A stretch of 64,000 nucleotides of DNA, taken from IMG/VR virus record IMGVR_UViG_3300026544_000001, positions 60,677 to 124,676 of that record, one strand, 5' to 3'. Positions 59,869-64,000 of the stretch are shown here, one piece after another. The position numbers and the translations under genes were made by a program. Below the pieces are notes generated by a model. That model did not search any database. It was not told the DNA's origin and worked only from the letters and a program-made list of their open reading frames with translations. Every line of letters begins with the position of its first letter. Within the stretch, counting starts at the first letter, position 1. This DNA is from a virus.

Positions 59869-60541
59869 TTATTTATATAAAGAAATGAACTCATCTTTAG
59901 TACAAACTAAAGAATGGTTTGATACGTATTTTACTAATTGTATAATTGATGATATAAGTATATTTCGTATATCACATAGAATAGGGCCTATAACTAATAT
60001 TAGTGATAATCCTGTTGATATTATCACGAAACAGTTGTATACAGTAGATTTTATGAAATTAATATATAGAGTAGATGAACAACTGCAGTTATGGAACTAT
60101 ACTAGTCCTTATACACCTGCATGTAATACCAAGATGTTTAATCAAGATGCTGGTTGTATGTATATGCCTAATGGGGTAGTTATGACTGTAGAAGATCCTG
60201 GAAATATATATGGAGAGGAAGTAGTAATAGGTAAAGAAACTACAGGCAAAAATATATGCACTAAAATAGATTCAACGTCATTAATGTATGTAAGATCAAG
60301 TTGTTACTTTCCTACTATGCATTATGTTGATATGGAATATGATTTGTTACCTAAGTTGAAGTATGTTAAGGATATACCTAAATATGTGTTAGACTCTATA
60401 AGCTTACTTGCCTATATAGGTAGATTAGTGTATGAACTAACAGAAGCCAGAGATGGTAGTAATGGTGTGTTCATAGTACCTATAACAGTACTTAAAGTAC
60501 AGTTAGATAATCTAGTTAGTATATCAAATAAATATGTATAG
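59858..60541 (+). CDS. Hypothetical protein (virion module)
   Basis: 227 aa, overlaps the upstream gene. Confidence 0.5.
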   Translation: MLSSYLYKEMNSSLVQTKEWFDTYFTNCIIDDISIFRISHRIGPITNISDNPVDIITKQLYTVDFMKLIYRVDEQLQLWNYTSPYTPACNTKMFNQDAGCMYMPNGVVMTVEDPGNIYGEEVVIGKETTGKNICTKIDSTSLMYVRSSCYFPTMHYVDMEYDLLPKLKYVKDIPKYVLDSISLLAYIGRLVYELTEARDGSNGVFIVPITVLKVQLDNLVSISNKYV

Positions 60542-60550
60542 GAGAGTAAG

Positions 60551-61411
60551 ATGACTGGAGGAACAAATAATTCATTAGCTACATATTCTGTAGATGAGGA
60601 TACTTTTGATCTATATGATGAAGTATTTAAGTTTAAAGATAGTTTATCCTCTATTGAATTTGGTGGATTACTAGATTGTTATAAAGTGTTTTTTGCAGTT
60701 GAAGATACAGAGAAAAATAGAAAAGAGCTAGATAGGATATTCACTGGAGATGGCATATCATGGAAAGATAAATTTAACTTACTAGAAGGTGAGCATAAGA
60801 CTTCAGATGGTACTACAATAGTTAATAAGTATTACATAAAGTATGAATACGGTAAAAAACTTAATAGTGCTCAAGCTAAGTTTTTAGCGTCTAATTTAGA
60901 TGTGTACTCTGACAGTCATTCTACTTCCTGTTGGAAACGTACATTAGAACAAATTGCTGTTATGGCTATTGCAGTGTATACTGGAAATCCTTGGGTAATG
61001 GCTTCTGCATTTATAAGCTCAGCTTATTACTTTTCTGGCAGACCTATGCCTAAAGATCTCGCTATAGCTTTAGCAGTTATTACGTTAGGTGAAGGAGTAG
61101 CAAACTCAGGTTGGACAGTAGCAAATGTAGCCAGTGTTGCAAACTTAGGCATTGGTTATGTTAATAATCAAAAAAGTATTCAAGAGCTGCAAAAAATACA
61201 TGAAGTACAGAGAAAAACAAAAGAAAATAGAGAATCCTATTATGAGGCTAAAGAATTTGAAAGTCATTTAAGATATATATATGAAGATAGCTTTAATACC
61301 TGTTGGAGAGGTAACTTAGAAAAGAGCCCATATTACGATATACAGATGTTATATTCAGACTACGCATCATACCCTTGGGTTACTACTAATATATGGGATC
61401 AGGATGAATAA
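60551..61411 (+). CDS. Ejection/virion protein resembling the C-terminus of N4 gp53
   Basis: W.......IAV.AIAVYTG plus long hydrophobic Ala/Gly segments, then a charged coil. Sits upstream of the gp52-like gene. Confidence 0.5.
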   Translation: MTGGTNNSLATYSVDEDTFDLYDEVFKFKDSLSSIEFGGLLDCYKVFFAVEDTEKNRKELDRIFTGDGISWKDKFNLLEGEHKTSDGTTIVNKYYIKYEYGKKLNSAQAKFLASNLDVYSDSHSTSCWKRTLEQIAVMAIAVYTGNPWVMASAFISSAYYFSGRPMPKDLAIALAVITLGEGVANSGWTVANVASVANLGIGYVNNQKSIQELQKIHEVQRKTKENRESYYEAKEFESHLRYIYEDSFNTCWRGNLEKSPYYDIQMLYSDYASYPWVTTNIWDQDE

Positions 61412-61450
61412 AGAAAAATTTAAGTATAATAAAAATAAAAAGGATTTATA

Positions 61451-61978
61451 ATGTCTACGTATTCTTCAACAGGACAACAAATTACTAATACAGATGATTT
61501 ATCACAATACTTTACAGATGGTAGTGTTATTGGTTTTAATAGTGGAGTAACTAGCGCACAAGTTCAACCAGTAACTACAAATAGTATAGCTAATACATAC
61601 CAACCCAATACGGTGTCTTTCTGGGGCAAAACTTTTAACAGCGGAGGAACTGGTAGCTATGCTAACATATCAGATGGTGCTGGAGGTACTATAGGAATAG
61701 ATCAGAGTGCTTATAATTCTATACAACAAGGTAATGCTAATTTGCCAGCTAATCAACAAACACAAGCTACAATAACCCCTAAGCAATATGGTATGAGTCA
61801 AGGAGTTGCTAATGCTATTGGTATAGGACAACTAGGATTAGGTATAGCTAGTTACTTTGATACAAGAAAAGCTAATAAAGCTAACTTAGAACTTGCTAAA
61901 AAGGACTATCAACTAAGTGCGGATAAATGGAATGACTTAAAAAGTTTTAGGTCAAATCTTGGTAAACAATTTAGTTAA
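61451..61978 (+). CDS. N4 gp52-like ejection protein
   Basis: Low-complexity N-terminus, then GIGQLGLGIASYF..RKA.K..L...K..Y. TTAAGTATAAT promoter at 61420-61430. Confidence 0.6.
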   Translation: MSTYSSTGQQITNTDDLSQYFTDGSVIGFNSGVTSAQVQPVTTNSIANTYQPNTVSFWGKTFNSGGTGSYANISDGAGGTIGIDQSAYNSIQQGNANLPANQQTQATITPKQYGMSQGVANAIGIGQLGLGIASYFDTRKANKANLELAKKDYQLSADKWNDLKSFRSNLGKQFS

Positions 61979-61987
61979 GGAATAGGT

Positions 61988-63604
61988 ATGCCACAATTTC
62001 AATATAGAGATCCAACTAAAGCAGCTAGAGAAGCGCTTAATGGCTATGCTAATATGATGAATAAAAGACAAAAGCAAGCTGACGAACAAGCTAGATTAGC
62101 CTTAGCTGATAAAAGGTACCAACAACAACAAGATTGGCAAAATAAGCAATGGGAACATAAGCTTGATAGAGAGCAAACTGCTGATGCTAGACTAGATGCT
62201 AAGCAAGCGCAAGATAGTTATACTAATAGTTTGGTAGCTAAAATGTATGGTGCTAAAGATACTAATGAGTTAGCTAGTACTATGAAAGAGATTAGTAAGA
62301 ATGGTGGGTATAATAGTAATACAATAGGTAGTACTTATAGACAGTTGCATAAAGACTTACAAGCTAATGATAAACAAGCTAGCTCTGCACAGCTGCTGCA
62401 GAATATTAGTAAAGGTAGAACAACAGATAATGTTAGTACATATAGTGATGGTAATAAATATATACTAAGTGATGCAGATATGAATAAACAACTAGCTATG
62501 AGTGATTTATACGATAAGAAATATGCTAATGGTAAAGTAAATGATGGATTCATTAGTAAATTACAAGGAATGGTTCCGCAAGTACAAGGCCATAAATACA
62601 GTAAGTATGACCAAGCTAATGTGCTTAGAAGCCAGATAGCAGGATTGGATCCTACTAAGTATGATGTAAATAGTTTAAATAATGCTGCAGCTAATTTAGA
62701 AAAAGTAGCAGGTAGTAGTACTAATACAGCTGAACTTAATTATCGTGATAGAGCATTAGCTGAAAAAGAAAGAGGTAAGCTAGCTGCTGATATAGTTACT
62801 AAAGGTATAAAAGGTACTGAGCAGTATAAAACTACTGCTAAAAGCTATAATGATAAACTTAACTATATAACTAAACAAATAGCTAAAAGTAACTATAGTA
62901 AAAGTAAGGCTAATGGTGGTAGTAATACTAAATACTTAACTGATGTTATATCATATGAAAATAAGATTAAAGATATGGACTTAGGTTCTAATGATACTAA
63001 AGAAGCTATTAGAATGTATAGAAATCATATCAATGAAGGAGAAGATCCTAAGTTTATATATGAAAAATTCTTAGCTTCTAAAGATGATGGAACATTTACT
63101 GATAATAAGATAAACAAAACTAAGCTTGTTGAACAAGATGTATTCCTAAATGGTTTAAAGAAAAAAGGTGGACAAAGTGGATTACTACAAGCTCAGTTAG
63201 CTAAAGTAACAGCTAATAGAGATAAAGCACTGAAAGAATTACCTGAACAGATACAAGGTAGAGCAATGACTAGAGATGAGAAATTTACTAAATTATATGA
63301 ACAAGCTAGTAAAAATCCAGTAAGTAGTAATATTCCTGTTAAGAAAAATATTCAACCAGTTATTAAGAAAACGCCTAAAATTACTACAAAGGTTATTAGT
63401 AGTGACGCTAACAATACTGTTAGAAATAAAGAAGTAAAAGAAAATCAGAATATGTTACTAGAAAAGATTACTATACAGCAAAAACTTAATAAGCTAAAAG
63501 GATCACTGACTAATAGAAGAACCCACGCTGTTAATCAAACTAAAACTGATGAGTACAATAAATTACTAAGTAGATTAAAAACTATAAATAGTAAACTAAA
63601 GTAA
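61988..63604 (+). CDS. N4 gp51-like internal virion (ejection) protein
   Basis: Q/K/A-rich helical 538-aa protein between the gp52-like gene and the next gene. Basic, unlike the external virion proteins. Confidence 0.55.
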   Translation: MPQFQYRDPTKAAREALNGYANMMNKRQKQADEQARLALADKRYQQQQDWQNKQWEHKLDREQTADARLDAKQAQDSYTNSLVAKMYGAKDTNELASTMKEISKNGGYNSNTIGSTYRQLHKDLQANDKQASSAQLLQNISKGRTTDNVSTYSDGNKYILSDADMNKQLAMSDLYDKKYANGKVNDGFISKLQGMVPQVQGHKYSKYDQANVLRSQIAGLDPTKYDVNSLNNAAANLEKVAGSSTNTAELNYRDRALAEKERGKLAADIVTKGIKGTEQYKTTAKSYNDKLNYITKQIAKSNYSKSKANGGSNTKYLTDVISYENKIKDMDLGSNDTKEAIRMYRNHINEGEDPKFIYEKFLASKDDGTFTDNKINKTKLVEQDVFLNGLKKKGGQSGLLQAQLAKVTANRDKALKELPEQIQGRAMTRDEKFTKLYEQASKNPVSSNIPVKKNIQPVIKKTPKITTKVISSDANNTVRNKEVKENQNMLLEKITIQQKLNKLKGSLTNRRTHAVNQTKTDEYNKLLSRLKTINSKLK

Positions 63605-63612
63605 CCCTTAAC

Positions 63613-63643
63613 TTAATATTAGGTATAATCTACCTAATATTAA
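63613..63643. promoter_or_regulatory. 13-bp perfect inverted repeat overlapping a -10 box
   Basis: TTAATATTAGGTA-TAATC-TACCTAATATTAA. TATAAT at 63624-63629. Confidence 0.7.
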
Positions 63644-63661
63644 AGTACAAGGATACTATAG

Positions 63662-64000
63662 ATGGGATTAATGGAATACTACGAGAATGATCCGTTCTCA
63701 CAACAATTAGACTACGCACCTGAAGAAGATGACTTACTTACTAAAAAGAAAAAGAAGTTATTAGATAAAGTTAAAGAAAAATCAGCAAGATTGCATACAA
63801 TAAAAGATAATAACGTACTTACTAAATTAAATGGTAATGACTTCTATGATGCAGATAGTACATATTCAAAGGGCATAGGTACTAAGTCTACTACAAGATT
63901 AGGAGACCCTGAAGACTCAACTGCTTCATATGTCAACGCTCCAGAAGCCCCTAATACAATAAGACACAAGTTCCATAGAGAGCCTACAGCCGATGAGTTA
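63662..64000 (+). CDS. 5' end of a gene running off the window (position of N4 virion RNA polymerase/large ejection protein)
   Basis: AAGGA RBS at 63649, ATG at 63662, frame open to the window end (MGLMEYYENDPF...). Identity is inferred from synteny only. Confidence 0.45.
   Translation, partial: MGLMEYYENDPFSQQLDYAPEEDDLLTKKKKKLLDKVKEKSARLHTIKDNNVLTKLNGNDFYDADSTYSKGIGTKSTTRLGDPEDSTASYVNAPEAPNTIRHKFHREPTADEL

Overview
The window is a ~64 kb piece of an AT-rich lytic phage genome with almost all genes on the + strand. Its head and virion gene order follows N4-like (Schitoviridae-related) phages: portal, gp58-like, gp57-like, major capsid, gp55-like, gp54-like, then gp53/52/51-like ejection proteins, and finally the start of a gene in the position of the virion RNA polymerase. 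Promoter style (TATAAT/TAAAAT with phased TAAG and no clear TTGACA) and AAGGA RBSs suggest a Campylobacterota host. Extremely Asp-rich external virion proteins suggest a saline habitat. Both are inferences. Roughly half the window encodes fibres and adhesins: a 2045-aa repeat fibre, a six-LamG protein, duplicated lectin cassettes and a J-like tip. The unusual modules are: (1) an acyl carrier protein plus a Cys-His-His beta-ketoacyl synthase inside the tail/ejection genes; (2) a five-gene two-component operon (histidine kinase, CheY-like receiver, stand-alone Cache-like sensor) right after the endolysin; (3) an HD-GYP phosphodiesterase between the spanins and the holin; (4) a dyad-symmetric iteron array ahead of a small RHH-like ORF and a RepA/AAA_25 helicase; (5) repeat-flanked, apparently swappable adhesin domains. 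There are also two tRNAs, a tRNA fragment and several homing-type endonucleases. All family calls come from motif recognition by eye; no database search was run.
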